A stretch of DNA of 64,000 bases, taken from an uncultured Chloroflexia bacterium (GTDB lineage: Bacteria > Chloroflexota > Chloroflexia > Thermomicrobiales > UBA6265). The position numbers and the translations under genes are program-made. The stretch covers positions 145,034 through 209,033 of the forward strand of contig CAVVQC010000003.1 in the NCBI GenBank assembly GCA_963750275.1, given 5' to 3'. Positions within the stretch are counted from its first letter, which is position 1; each line of letters begins with the position of its first letter. Positions 39,737 through 48,832 of this stretch are shown here, piece by piece. The notes under the pieces are model-generated. The model was not told where the DNA came from, searched no databases, and saw only the letters and a program-made list of their open reading frames with translations.

Positions 39737-40753
39737 TTGCTCGAGCGCGCCAGCGGACAGTTCACGATCGACGGCCAGGTGGAAGACATTCTGGGCGGTA
39801 TCAGCGGGGCGGCACGCATCGCCCGCATCAGCCAAAGTTGCCAATTTACCGGGCAGCTCGAAGGCGAAAGCATGGCGGAATTCACTGCCGTGCTGCCGCG
39901 CGATGGCGACGGACGCTTCCACGGCTTCCAGCGGATCGCGGGAACGCTGGGCGAACGCGAAGGAACCTTTGTCGTGAGCGTGACCGGGGAGTACCGCAAG
40001 GGCGTGCCGCACGGTTCCTGGACCATCGTGCCGAAATCAGGCACCGGTGATTTCCTGCATATCCGGGGTAGCGGCGACTTTTCCCTGCCCGATGGGAAGC
40101 CCGGAAAATATCAGTTGGAGTTCGATGCGCGAAAACCGCGCGCGGCGAAGAACGACGTCGCGGCTGTTGCTGTCGCAGAGCCGAGCGTCAGTCCGGTCGA
40201 GACACCCGCTCCGGTCGAGATCCCGGTCGCGGAAGCCACCGACACCACCCCCGCTCCAGCAAAGCGCTCCCGCAAGCCACGCGCCAGCACCGCTGAGCCA
40301 CCCATGGAAGTCACCACCGAACCGCCCGCGAAACGCTCGCGTGCCCGTAAAGATGTGCCACCAGTTGCCGAGGTGCCTGCACCTACCAAGCCGGCAGCCA
40401 AACGAACGCGCAGGAAGCCCGCCGAGCCGGTCATGACTCCTGAACCCGTTATGGCCGAATCCGAGCCAAAACCAAAACGGTCGCGCAAGCCTGCAGCGGT
40501 TCAGCCCGCGATTATCGCGACTCCACCTGTTGCTGAATCCATTCCGGATCCGGTGCCTGCGCCGAAACCCAAGCGTTCTCGCAAGCCAGCGCCCGAGCAT
40601 CCCCCGGTCGAGCTCGCCCCAGTGGTAGCGGAGGTTGCGCCGGAACCAGCAGTGGTGAAACCACCCCGGCGCAAGAAGGACGCCCTTCCCGAACCGGTCG
40701 CGCTTCCCATCGCGGAACCCGCCCCTCGCCGTCGCCGCGCCAAGGCTGCCTGA
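39737..40753 (+). CDS. DUF3224-like N-terminal domain fused to a Pro/Ala/Lys/Arg-rich repetitive tail
   Basis: N-terminal 'FTGQLEG...GTLGEREGTFV...SWTIVPKSGTG...GSG' fits DUF3224; about 200-aa tail with 7 basic motifs such as PAKRSRKP. Confidence 0.75.
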   Translation: MLERASGQFTIDGQVEDILGGISGAARIARISQSCQFTGQLEGESMAEFTAVLPRDGDGRFHGFQRIAGTLGEREGTFVVSVTGEYRKGVPHGSWTIVPKSGTGDFLHIRGSGDFSLPDGKPGKYQLEFDARKPRAAKNDVAAVAVAEPSVSPVETPAPVEIPVAEATDTTPAPAKRSRKPRASTAEPPMEVTTEPPAKRSRARKDVPPVAEVPAPTKPAAKRTRRKPAEPVMTPEPVMAESEPKPKRSRKPAAVQPAIIATPPVAESIPDPVPAPKPKRSRKPAPEHPPVELAPVVAEVAPEPAVVKPPRRKKDALPEPVALPIAEPAPRRRRAKAA

Positions 40754-40779
40754 ATCCGGGTATCGGGATCCCCAACGGA

Positions 40780-41464
40780 CTACGGAGCCTCGAACCCGAT
40801 CTCCGTGTGGGTGCCGTCACAAAAGGGTTTGTTCTTCGACTGACCACAACGGCACAGCGTGACCCGGTTGCGTACTTCGTAGGTAAAACCGTCCTGGGTG
40901 GTGATGGGAATGCCGCCACGTACCCAGAGCGGACCGTTGGGTACGGTCGCGATCGACGCATCGAACCCCGGTTCGAGCGGCGCTCCACCCGGTTCGGCAA
41001 CCGCAAGACGGCCGGAGGGGCAGTTCGACACCATGGTGATCAACCGGTCGCGCACTTCCGGGTCGTTGCTCTGCCGAATCATCTTCCAGACATTGGTGAC
41101 GCGGTTGCCGCAGAACCCGGCATGCTCGCAAAGCGATTCATCGTCGGTCATAACGATCGCGTCCGCCTCGAACGAGCGGGCCCGCTCCGCCCGGGGAGCG
41201 CGGTCAGCCGTCAAGGCCGCATCCGGGAAGCCTTCGCTTGCGTGCGAGCCATCGCAAAACGGCTTGTTCTTCGAGTTTCCGCAACGGCAGAGGGCATAGC
41301 GCGCCTGCGGCTCAGATGATTCGACCTTTCCGCCCACCGGATCCCAGGCCAGCGGTTCGCCCGCGAGCACTCTCGACGGGATGCCGGGTGGTCATCGGCA
41401 CACCGCCTCGCACGATATAGGGCCCACCCTCAGTGATCGTGATGGAATAATCCTGCTCAGCCAT
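40780..41464 (-). CDS. CDGSH iron-sulfur protein (CDGSH - divergent Fe-S - CDGSH); +1 frameshift near 41361
   Basis: 'GGPYIVRG', 'LCRCGNSKNKPFCDGSH', 'LCEHAGFC...CPSG', 'LCRCGQSKNKPFCDGTH'; RBS GGGGAGG. Confidence 0.88.
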
Positions 41465-41720
41465 ACCGCGTTCCTCCCCAATCGATCGTTGGTTCGCGCA
41501 ACTATAGCGACCCTGCGAACACCGAGCTCCCGCGCTTCTGTCCAGCCTCGTCTCATTGCGAGCGCTCTTGCGCAGAGCACGATGCGAGATCAGCCTGGAG
41601 TGTCCAAATGCCAAACGATATTCCTCAGTTTGTCATGCAGATATGCTAGTATCGAAATCGAATACATTACCGCATTAACACCTTGGCTCTTTTGGTTCGC
41701 TATCGGAGGTTTCCAGTCTC

Positions 41721-42599
41721 ATGACGACCCGACGAACGTTCATTCCGGCTGCTGCCGGTGTCGTGGCCCTTGCCGGGCTCGGTCGATTCGGTTCGGCCGG
41801 CGCGCAAGACGCCACTCCGGGCGCATCGCCCGTTGCATCGGCGTCGCCGGTGGTCGCCAGCATCGACGAGCTCCCACTCCGGAATGCCGGTCAGCTCACG
41901 GTGCACGCCGACCAGCCGCTTTATCCGCCTTGGTACATCGACAACGACCCCAGCAACGGCCAGGGTTTCGAAAGCGCGCTGACCTACAAGATCGCCGAAC
42001 GCCTTGGGTTCACTGCCGACCAGGTCGAATGGGGCTACACCTCGTTCAATGCCTCGTTCGCTCCGGGCCCAAAGGATTTCGACTTCTACATCACTGAAGT
42101 CTCGATCACCGAGCCGCGCAAGGAAGCCGTCGACTTCAGCGATTCCTACTACAACTCTCCGCTCGTGCTCCTGGCCGTCGACGGGTCGCCGTTGTTCGAG
42201 GCCCAGACGCTGGAAGATCTGAAGCCATATACCTATGGCGCGCAGGTTGGCACCGTTTACTACACGTACATCTCTGAGGTGATTCAGCCGGACAAGGACC
42301 CGTTGATCTTCAACACCAATGCCGACTCGATCCAGGCGCTGGCCAACGGCCAGACCGACGGCGATCTTCAGTCGCTGCAAATCGGCCAGGCGATCGTCAC
42401 GTTCCAGTTCGACAACCTGGGTATCGTCGGCCTGCTCCCGGACGGTGCGACCGAAATGGGCATGGTCTTCGAAAAGGGGAGCGAGATGGTTCCCTACGTC
42501 AATATGGCACTCCAGTCACTCAAGGATGACGGCACGCTCGACGCACTGATCGCCGAGTGGCTGCCGATTCCGCAAGACCTGCGCGAGATCTCGCGCTAA
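41721..42599 (+). CDS. Polar amino-acid ABC substrate-binding protein (family 3), Tat signal
   Basis: 'TTRRTF...AGA|QD'; 'GQGFES', 'RKEAVDFSDSY', 'GAQVGT', 'DGTLDALIAEWL'. Confidence 0.9.
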   Translation: MTTRRTFIPAAAGVVALAGLGRFGSAGAQDATPGASPVASASPVVASIDELPLRNAGQLTVHADQPLYPPWYIDNDPSNGQGFESALTYKIAERLGFTADQVEWGYTSFNASFAPGPKDFDFYITEVSITEPRKEAVDFSDSYYNSPLVLLAVDGSPLFEAQTLEDLKPYTYGAQVGTVYYTYISEVIQPDKDPLIFNTNADSIQALANGQTDGDLQSLQIGQAIVTFQFDNLGIVGLLPDGATEMGMVFEKGSEMVPYVNMALQSLKDDGTLDALIAEWLPIPQDLREISR

Positions 42600-42622
42600 C
42601 GACGACTCAGATTGATAACGCG

Positions 42623-42655
42623 ACGGACCGGCCGGGTGAGCGGCCGGTCCGTTTC
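42623..42655 (+). terminator. Strong hairpin after the SBP gene
   Basis: ACGGACCGGCCG-ggtgag-CGGCCGGTCCGT followed by TT. Confidence 0.6.
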
Positions 42656-42671
42656 GTATTGAGGGCAGCAC

Positions 42672-43673
42672 ATGAGTGAGCTTCGTTCGGTTGTGCTCGA
42701 TGTCGATGTCGGTATCGACGATGCGTTGATGATGCTGTATCTCCTTTCCGAACCAGATGTGGAGATCGTCGCCATCGGCGCGACCCATGGCAACTGCACC
42801 GCAGCCGATTCGGCTCGCAATGCCCTACGCACTCTGGAAGCGGTTGGAGTAACCACCGTTCCGGTGGCACTCGGACTGGAAAGCCCGTTGGAAACCCCGC
42901 ATTCGGCTCCCCAGGTGCATGGCTACGACGGGCTGGGCGATATCGGGTTGCCCGATCCGATTGGACAAGTCACCGGGGAATCAGCCGTCGACCAACTTGT
43001 GCGACTCGGTGAGGAACGTCCGGGTGAGCTCGATCTGATCACGGTCGGGTCGTTGTCCAACCTCGCGGCGGCCCTGGAGCAGGACCCCGAAAGCCTGAAA
43101 CGCTATCGCTCGGTCACCTATCTCGGCACGCTCTCACAATACCCGGTGACACCACCCGTTCCCGACTACAACGACGCCAATGTCTACTTCGATCCGGAGG
43201 CGGCTACGCTGGTACTGTCTTCCGACACCCCGATGACCATTACCCCTATCGATCTCTCCCGCCGCGCGGCATTGGAAGACACTCATCTCGACGCGCTGAA
43301 GAACGGCACGACGCCGCAGGCGCGCTTTGCATGGACGATCCTTCCCTATTACTGCAACTTTTACCAGGAACGGTTGGGACGCTGGTCGGCCTCGATGCAC
43401 GACCCACTGGCGGCCGGTCTGGCGCTCGATCCGTCGCTCGCCATCGAAGTCGTCGAACGGCCGATCGTGGTCGAGCCATACAACGGGCGCCATCGCGCAG
43501 TTGGACGCATGGAATCTTCCCCCGACACCGAAGGCATTCCGCCTAAACGGATCATCCCCGAGGCCGACCTACCCCGTTTCCTCGACCGCTTCGTCGAGGT
43601 CCTGCTCGGCCCGGTCAACCCGATATACCAATCCAACGACCTCCCAGCGATCGCCAGACTCCCACCCCCCTAG
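42672..43673 (+). CDS. Inosine/uridine-preferring nucleoside hydrolase family
   Basis: 'LDVDVGIDDA' (DxDxxxDD), 'HGNC', 'VHGYDGLG', 'DANVYFDPEAA', 'MHDPLA'. Confidence 0.92.
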   Translation: MSELRSVVLDVDVGIDDALMMLYLLSEPDVEIVAIGATHGNCTAADSARNALRTLEAVGVTTVPVALGLESPLETPHSAPQVHGYDGLGDIGLPDPIGQVTGESAVDQLVRLGEERPGELDLITVGSLSNLAAALEQDPESLKRYRSVTYLGTLSQYPVTPPVPDYNDANVYFDPEAATLVLSSDTPMTITPIDLSRRAALEDTHLDALKNGTTPQARFAWTILPYYCNFYQERLGRWSASMHDPLAAGLALDPSLAIEVVERPIVVEPYNGRHRAVGRMESSPDTEGIPPKRIIPEADLPRFLDRFVEVLLGPVNPIYQSNDLPAIARLPPP

Positions 43674-43682
43674 GCTACCCGC

Positions 43683-43961
43683 CGTAGTGGCGGGACCTGT
43701 GCCCGCCAGCGGCCGCAGGCCGCCATGACCGTGCCCACCCCCCAAGTTTCCCCTCCGAAAACCTGGTTCCTCTCCGACGACCGCCCGGCTGCCCCCTAGA
43801 CATCATCAACCTACCCGTCGTAGTGGCGGGACCTGTGCCCGCCAGCGGCCGCAGGCCGCCATCGCGTCGCCCACAGCCAGGTCTCCAATCCGAAAACCTG
43901 GTCCCCACCAACTCCGTTATCGGGCTCCGCCCCATAGGCGACCACAGGGGCCGCCACTACG
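43683..43961. repeat. Family A REP cluster: two direct copies plus one inverted variant
   Basis: Copies at 43683..43725 and 43819..43861; reverse variant 43936..43961 (CGTAGTGGCGGCCCCTGTGGTCGCCT). Confidence 0.88.
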
Positions 43962-43990
43962 GCCGCGTTGCGGGTCCCGCGACCATTTCA

Positions 43991-46300
43991 TCAACAACTC
44001 GTAATCGGTGACGCCACAAACCGTGGTGGATCGAACGCCCGGATCGGCGGGACCGGTTCGGTCCATTTCTCGACCTCGACCCAGCCAAGCTGGCCCGTGC
44101 AGCCCTGCGCCAACTTCGACGTGCCGACATCCTCGGTCAGCACATTCGGATTGCCATGTACGCACAAGGCCCCAGGATCCGACCAGTCGATCGGGTCGTA
44201 CCAGGCGCCGGTAGAGAGCTGGACAACGCCGGGCAGGATCGCGTCGGTCACAACTGCGCCCGCGAGACAACGTCCCTTGTCACTGCTCAGCAAAACGATG
44301 TCACCGCTCTCGATTCCGCGAGCTGCCGCGTCTTGCGCATGAAGACGCACCGGCTCACGGCCCTGAATTTTGGTCGACTGGCTGTAGCCGCCCATATCGA
44401 GCTGGCTATGCAGCCGCGAGCTCGGGTTATTGGCCACCAGTCGCAAGGGATAGCTACCGGATTCCCGTAACGTCTCGATATCGAACCAGCTCGGATATTC
44501 CCGGCAATCGTCGTATCCAAAGCTGGCGATCGTTTCCGAACCGATTTCGATCTTGCCGCTCGGCGTTTGCAATGGCTGGGCATCAGGATCGTTGCGAAAC
44601 GCTCCCATGAGCGTCACGTTCGGGATGACCGGCACGCTGACCTGACCGTCATCCCAGAACTCGTCGAAGGAGGGCAGGTTCTCACCGGTTCCGGCTTCGA
44701 CCCGGTCGCTCCAATCGTCGTACATGCCACGGATCCATTCCAGCGGCGTCTTGTTCAGGTGATAGCGCTCGCCGAACCCGAGTCGGTCAGCCGCACCGGA
44801 GAAGATCGCGAAGTCGTCGCGCGCTTGGGCATACGGTTCGACTGCCTGGTGCATGGCGATGAGGGTCGGGTCGTTTCGGTTGCCACCGAGGTCATTGCGT
44901 TCCAGCGAGACGGTGGCAGGAAGGACGATATCGGCATGTCGTGCCATACCGGTCCAGTACGGCTCGTGCACCACGATCGTTTCCGGCCGTCCCATCGCGC
45001 GACGCAGGCGGTTCAGATCTTGATGGTGATGGAAAGGATTTCCACCGGACCAGTAGACCAGCCGAATATCGGGATACGTGAGCTGTTGGCCATCGTAATC
45101 GAACGATTCTCCCGGACCGAGCAGCATGTCCGCCACCCGGGCTACCGGAATGAACGACGTTACCGGATTTCTTCCTTGCGGCACCGAGGGGAGCTCGACC
45201 GCGGCCGGTGCCTGCCCGACTTCAGCCATCGAACCGTACCCGTGGCCGAATCCGCGACCCGGCAAGCCAATCTCACCCAGCATCGCGGCCAGCGTGATCC
45301 CCATCCAGACCGGTTGCTCGCCGTGTGGCGCGCGTTGCAAGGCCCACCCGATGGTAACCAGGGTTCGTTGGGCGGCCATCTCGCGCGCAAGCGTCACGAT
45401 CCGCTCGGCGGGAACTCCCGCGATCTCCCCGGCCCAGGTCGCTGACTTGGCGACGCCATCGGTGTCACCCAGCAGATAGCCCTCGAAGGTGTCGTACCCG
45501 GCCGTGAAGCGATCCAGGAACGTGCGGTCATGCAATCCCTCGGTCACCAGGGTATGCGCGATACCGAGCATGACCGCCACGTCCGATCCCGGCCGGGTGG
45601 GCACCCATTCCGCCTGCACCTCGGCCAGATCATCCTTGCAGGGACTGAAGGAGACGAAGCGCACCCCGTTGTCGGCCGCGGCGTGCAGGTTCGCGCGCAT
45701 CTCGTGCTTAGTCACGCCGCCCGGGCTGACGAAGGTGTTTTTGACCGGCAAGCCGCCGAACGAAACGACCAGCTCGGCTTCATCGATGATCTGCCGCCAG
45801 TTCGTGGCGAATTGAAAGGGATTGACGCCCGCACCAACTACACGCTGCAGGATCGGCCCCGATGCGCCCAGACTGTAGGAATTGACCGACGAGGTATATC
45901 CGCCGAGCAGATTCAGGAAGCGGCGCAAATGACTCTGCGCGTGATGGAATCGCCCCGCGCTCGCCCAGCCGTATGAGCCGCCGTAGATCGCCGAGGGACT
46001 ATGGGTCGTGACGACTCGGTCGAGCTCGAGCGCCAGCAGATCGAGCGCCTGGTCCCATTCCACCTCGACGAATGGATCGACACCCCGTTTGTCGCTCGCG
46101 CCTGGCCCATGCTCCAGCCACCCTTTGCGGATCGCGGGACGCCTGATCCGCGCCGGCGAGGTGGTCGAGCCGGGTATATTGCCGAGGAGCGGTGATGGGT
46201 CATGATCGAGCGGATGCGGCTCGGCCCGCACGATCTCGTTGTCGGAGACCTCCGCCAGATACGCGCCCCAGTGGGAGAGTTGGGAAATTCCGCTTGGCAT
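43991..46300 (-). CDS. Molybdo-bis(MGD) oxidoreductase, BisC/TorZ/DMSO-reductase family, cytoplasmic (no Tat signal)
   Basis: 'SHWG', 'PAIRKGWL', 'YGWASAG', Mo-ligand region 'NSYSLGA', 'GGNPFHHHQD', 'ADIVLPAT...ERND', 'RLHSQL'. Confidence 0.9.
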   Translation of the reverse strand: MPSGISQLSHWGAYLAEVSDNEIVRAEPHPLDHDPSPLLGNIPGSTTSPARIRRPAIRKGWLEHGPGASDKRGVDPFVEVEWDQALDLLALELDRVVTTHSPSAIYGGSYGWASAGRFHHAQSHLRRFLNLLGGYTSSVNSYSLGASGPILQRVVGAGVNPFQFATNWRQIIDEAELVVSFGGLPVKNTFVSPGGVTKHEMRANLHAAADNGVRFVSFSPCKDDLAEVQAEWVPTRPGSDVAVMLGIAHTLVTEGLHDRTFLDRFTAGYDTFEGYLLGDTDGVAKSATWAGEIAGVPAERIVTLAREMAAQRTLVTIGWALQRAPHGEQPVWMGITLAAMLGEIGLPGRGFGHGYGSMAEVGQAPAAVELPSVPQGRNPVTSFIPVARVADMLLGPGESFDYDGQQLTYPDIRLVYWSGGNPFHHHQDLNRLRRAMGRPETIVVHEPYWTGMARHADIVLPATVSLERNDLGGNRNDPTLIAMHQAVEPYAQARDDFAIFSGAADRLGFGERYHLNKTPLEWIRGMYDDWSDRVEAGTGENLPSFDEFWDDGQVSVPVIPNVTLMGAFRNDPDAQPLQTPSGKIEIGSETIASFGYDDCREYPSWFDIETLRESGSYPLRLVANNPSSRLHSQLDMGGYSQSTKIQGREPVRLHAQDAAARGIESGDIVLLSSDKGRCLAGAVVTDAILPGVVQLSTGAWYDPIDWSDPGALCVHGNPNVLTEDVGTSKLAQGCTGQLGWVEVEKWTEPVPPIRAFDPPRFVASPITSC

Positions 46301-46444
46301 GGTCGTGACTGGCTCCGTTCCATCGCGATACTCATGAGCTCGATTTGTCGAGAACTTTATACTCATCTCTCGTAAAAGCGGTCGAGCGTATCGTTCGGGT
46401 TGTCCCGAACGTCGATCCCGTGCAGCAGCCACCAGGAGGTCCCG

Positions 46445-47329
46445 ATGAGCGCGCCGCCCGCATCCGTTTCAGGAGAGCTGAGTCCCGAGCAAGTCCAGGT
46501 CTTGCTGACGCCGATACCTCCCTGGAAGCAAGCCGCCCTCTGGAAATCGATTGCCATTGCGCTGGTCAGCACCATCGTGCTGCTGGTGGTCATCGGCATC
46601 GTTCTGTCGAATTCGACGGGTTGGGAGTCCTTCCGGCGCGCCTTCCTGAGCTGGCCCAACTTCAAGGCCTCCTGGCCCCTGGTGGTCGACGGCTTCAAGC
46701 TCAACGTCCGGATCTTTCTGATCGCGGAACCCTTCATTCTGGCGATTGGCCTGTTGATCGCGCTCCTGCGCGTGACGCGCAGTCCGATCTTGTTCCCATT
46801 GCGGGCGCTGGCCGTCATCTATACCGACTTCTTCCGGGGCGCTCCGGCAATCCTCGTCATTCTCATGCTTGGTTTCGGTATGCCTGCACTGAGGCTGAGT
46901 GCGGTCCCCAACAACCCGATCTTCTGGGGCACAGTCGCCTGTATCCTCACGTCGTCCGCCTATACCGCCGAAACCTTTCGAGCCGGTATCGACTCCGTGC
47001 ATCCCAGCCAGCGCGCCGCGGCTCGTTCGCTCGGCTTCTCGAATGTGCAAACCCTTCGCATGGTCGTCCTGCCGCAAGCGATCCGCCGGCAGATTCCGCC
47101 GTTGCTCAGTGGATTCGTGGCCTTGCAGAAAGAGACTGCCCTGGTCTCGGTCATCGGCCCCCTGGAAGCCACCCGGCAGGCGCAGATCTACTCGGGGATG
47201 TATTTCAATTTCACCAGCTATCTCGCCGCGGCGGTGCTCTTCATCGCCGTCACTGTGCCATTGGCTCGCTTCACAGACTATCTGGTGAAACGTGACGCAC
47301 AGCGTCGTTCGAGCGGAGGTGCGTATTGA
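46445..47329 (+). CDS. Polar amino-acid ABC permease (HisM/GlnP-like)
   Basis: 'YTDFFRGAP', 'SAYTAETFRAG', 'QRAAARSLG', 'LPQAIRR..P', 'KETAL'; RBS AGGAGGT. Confidence 0.92.
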   Translation: MSAPPASVSGELSPEQVQVLLTPIPPWKQAALWKSIAIALVSTIVLLVVIGIVLSNSTGWESFRRAFLSWPNFKASWPLVVDGFKLNVRIFLIAEPFILAIGLLIALLRVTRSPILFPLRALAVIYTDFFRGAPAILVILMLGFGMPALRLSAVPNNPIFWGTVACILTSSAYTAETFRAGIDSVHPSQRAAARSLGFSNVQTLRMVVLPQAIRRQIPPLLSGFVALQKETALVSVIGPLEATRQAQIYSGMYFNFTSYLAAAVLFIAVTVPLARFTDYLVKRDAQRRSSGGAY

Positions 47330-48165
47330 GCGCGTCATCCTTGCTCCGTATCGAGCATGTCTACAAAGCGTACGACGATCATCTCGTGCTGCAAAACGTC
47401 GACCTGGCGGTCGATGCCCATGAGGTCGTCTGCCTGATCGGTCGCTCCGGTTGTGGCAAATCGACCCTGCTGCGCTGCGTCAATCGGCTGGAGGAGATTC
47501 AGGCGGGCCGCATTCTGCTCGATGATGTCGACATCACGGCATCGAATGCCGACCGCGACAAGATCCGCCAGCAGATCGGCATGGTCTTCCAGTCGTTCAA
47601 CCTCTTCCCGCACAAGACCGTGCTGGAAAACATCACCATGGCCCCCATCCATGTGCAGAAAGTGCCCAAACGGCAAGCCCGCGAGGAAGCGCACGAGCTC
47701 CTCGACCGCATTGGGCTTCCCGACCGCGCAAAGGAATATCCCGACCGGCTCTCGGGCGGTCAGCAGCAACGAGTGGCGATCGCCCGGGCGCTGGCACTCA
47801 AGCCGAAGCTGATCCTGCTGGACGAAGTCACCTCGTCACTCGACCCCGAAACCATCGGCGGGGTGATGGAGCTCATCCGCGAGTTGCGCGGCTCCGGCAT
47901 GACCATGATGATGGCCACCCACCAGATGGGTTTCGCGCGCGAAATCGCCGACCGGGTCGCCTTTCTCGACGCTGGCCGCATCGTCGAGATCGGCCCGCCC
48001 GAGCAGATCTTCGACCACCCGCGGGAGGATCGCACCCGGGAGTTCGTCAGCCACGCCCTCACGACCGCGGCATCGGAACTCGAAATCGTGGCGCCGGTAC
48101 CCACCTATCGCGACGGCCAGCATTGGACCAACCCCTTGCTCTCCGCCCTCGAAGAAGTAGAGTAA
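47326..48165 (+). CDS. Polar amino-acid ABC ATPase (GlnQ-like)
   Basis: Walker A 'GRSGCGKS', signature 'LSGGQQQRV', Walker B 'ILLDEVTSSLDPE'. Confidence 0.93.
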   Translation: MSASSLLRIEHVYKAYDDHLVLQNVDLAVDAHEVVCLIGRSGCGKSTLLRCVNRLEEIQAGRILLDDVDITASNADRDKIRQQIGMVFQSFNLFPHKTVLENITMAPIHVQKVPKRQAREEAHELLDRIGLPDRAKEYPDRLSGGQQQRVAIARALALKPKLILLDEVTSSLDPETIGGVMELIRELRGSGMTMMMATHQMGFAREIADRVAFLDAGRIVEIGPPEQIFDHPREDRTREFVSHALTTAASELEIVAPVPTYRDGQHWTNPLLSALEEVE

Positions 48166-48177
48166 CCACCCCCGCCC

Positions 48178-48480
48178 CGTAGTGGCGGGACCTGTGCCCG
48201 CCAGCGGCCCCCGGCCGCCATTACCTAGCCTTCACCCCCCGCTCCGATCGGCTACCTGCCCGCAGCACCCCCCCCCACGCCGTAGTGGCGGGACCTGTGC
48301 CCGCCAGCGGCCACAGGCCGCCATTGCGTAGCCTTCAACCCCGTCCCCGATCGGCAGCCTGGCCGCAGGCCACGTGTAGAACCCCCCACGCCGTAGTGGC
48401 GGGACCTGTGCCCGCCAGTGGCCGTAGGCCACCATTACGTAGCCCTCGACCCAGTCCCCGGCCAGCGGCCCGGTCGCGGA
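48178..48480 (+). repeat. Tandem triplication of a family A unit (period 103 and 111 bp)
   Basis: 43-bp cores at 48178, 48281 and 48392; the inter-core sequences resemble each other (tagccttca...cgatcggc...ccccacgc). Confidence 0.9.
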
Positions 48481-48580
48481 CATCTCGTTTATCGGACTTC
48501 ACCCAATCGCAGGACACAAGTCCCTGCCTTACCACGCTGCATGAGACGCTGGCACTCGCCCCGCAACCGCTCCCTACCCC

Positions 48581-48610
48581 TGTCATTCTGAGCGCAGCGA
48601 AGAATCTCTC
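48581..48610 (+). repeat. Family B element (single arm)
   Basis: TGTCATTCTGAGCGCAGCGAAGAATCTCTC. Confidence 0.8.
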
Positions 48611-48705
48611 TCGTCACCACGCATTCGGGCCCTGAACATTCACGACTTGGCATCACCTACATCGAAAGTGGGTTAGAGGAACGCCGCAATTGTGCCCACA
48701 CGCAC

Positions 48706-48758
48706 CGTAGTGGCGGGACCTGTGCCCGCCAGCGGCCGCAGGCCGCCACTACGTAGCC
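48706..48758 (+). repeat. Family A element with perfect 11-bp terminal inverted repeats
   Basis: CGTAGTGGCGG ... CCGCCACTACG (48706..48753) followed by TAGCC. Confidence 0.85.
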
Positions 48759-48832
48759 CAAAACCACGTTTCCCACCCGAACCATGGTGGTTCAGCGAAT
48801 CCGCTCTCGGGCCGCGCCCGACCAGCGGCCAC

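Noticed and set aside
40962-40975. Second LexA-like box CGAACCCCGGTTCG
   Set aside because: Lies deep inside the CDGSH coding region with a GC-only spacer; probably a chance match.
48178-48434. CRISPR array (43-bp repeat x3 with 60-68 nt spacers)
   Set aside because: Spacers are homologous to one another, the same repeat is dispersed singly and inverted elsewhere, and no cas genes are present.
32805-48800. Several short ORFs sharing 'VVAGPVPASGRRPP' or 'WRAQVPPLR' peptides, suggesting a repeated protein domain
   Set aside because: These are translations of the family A DNA repeat in intergenic space, not genes.
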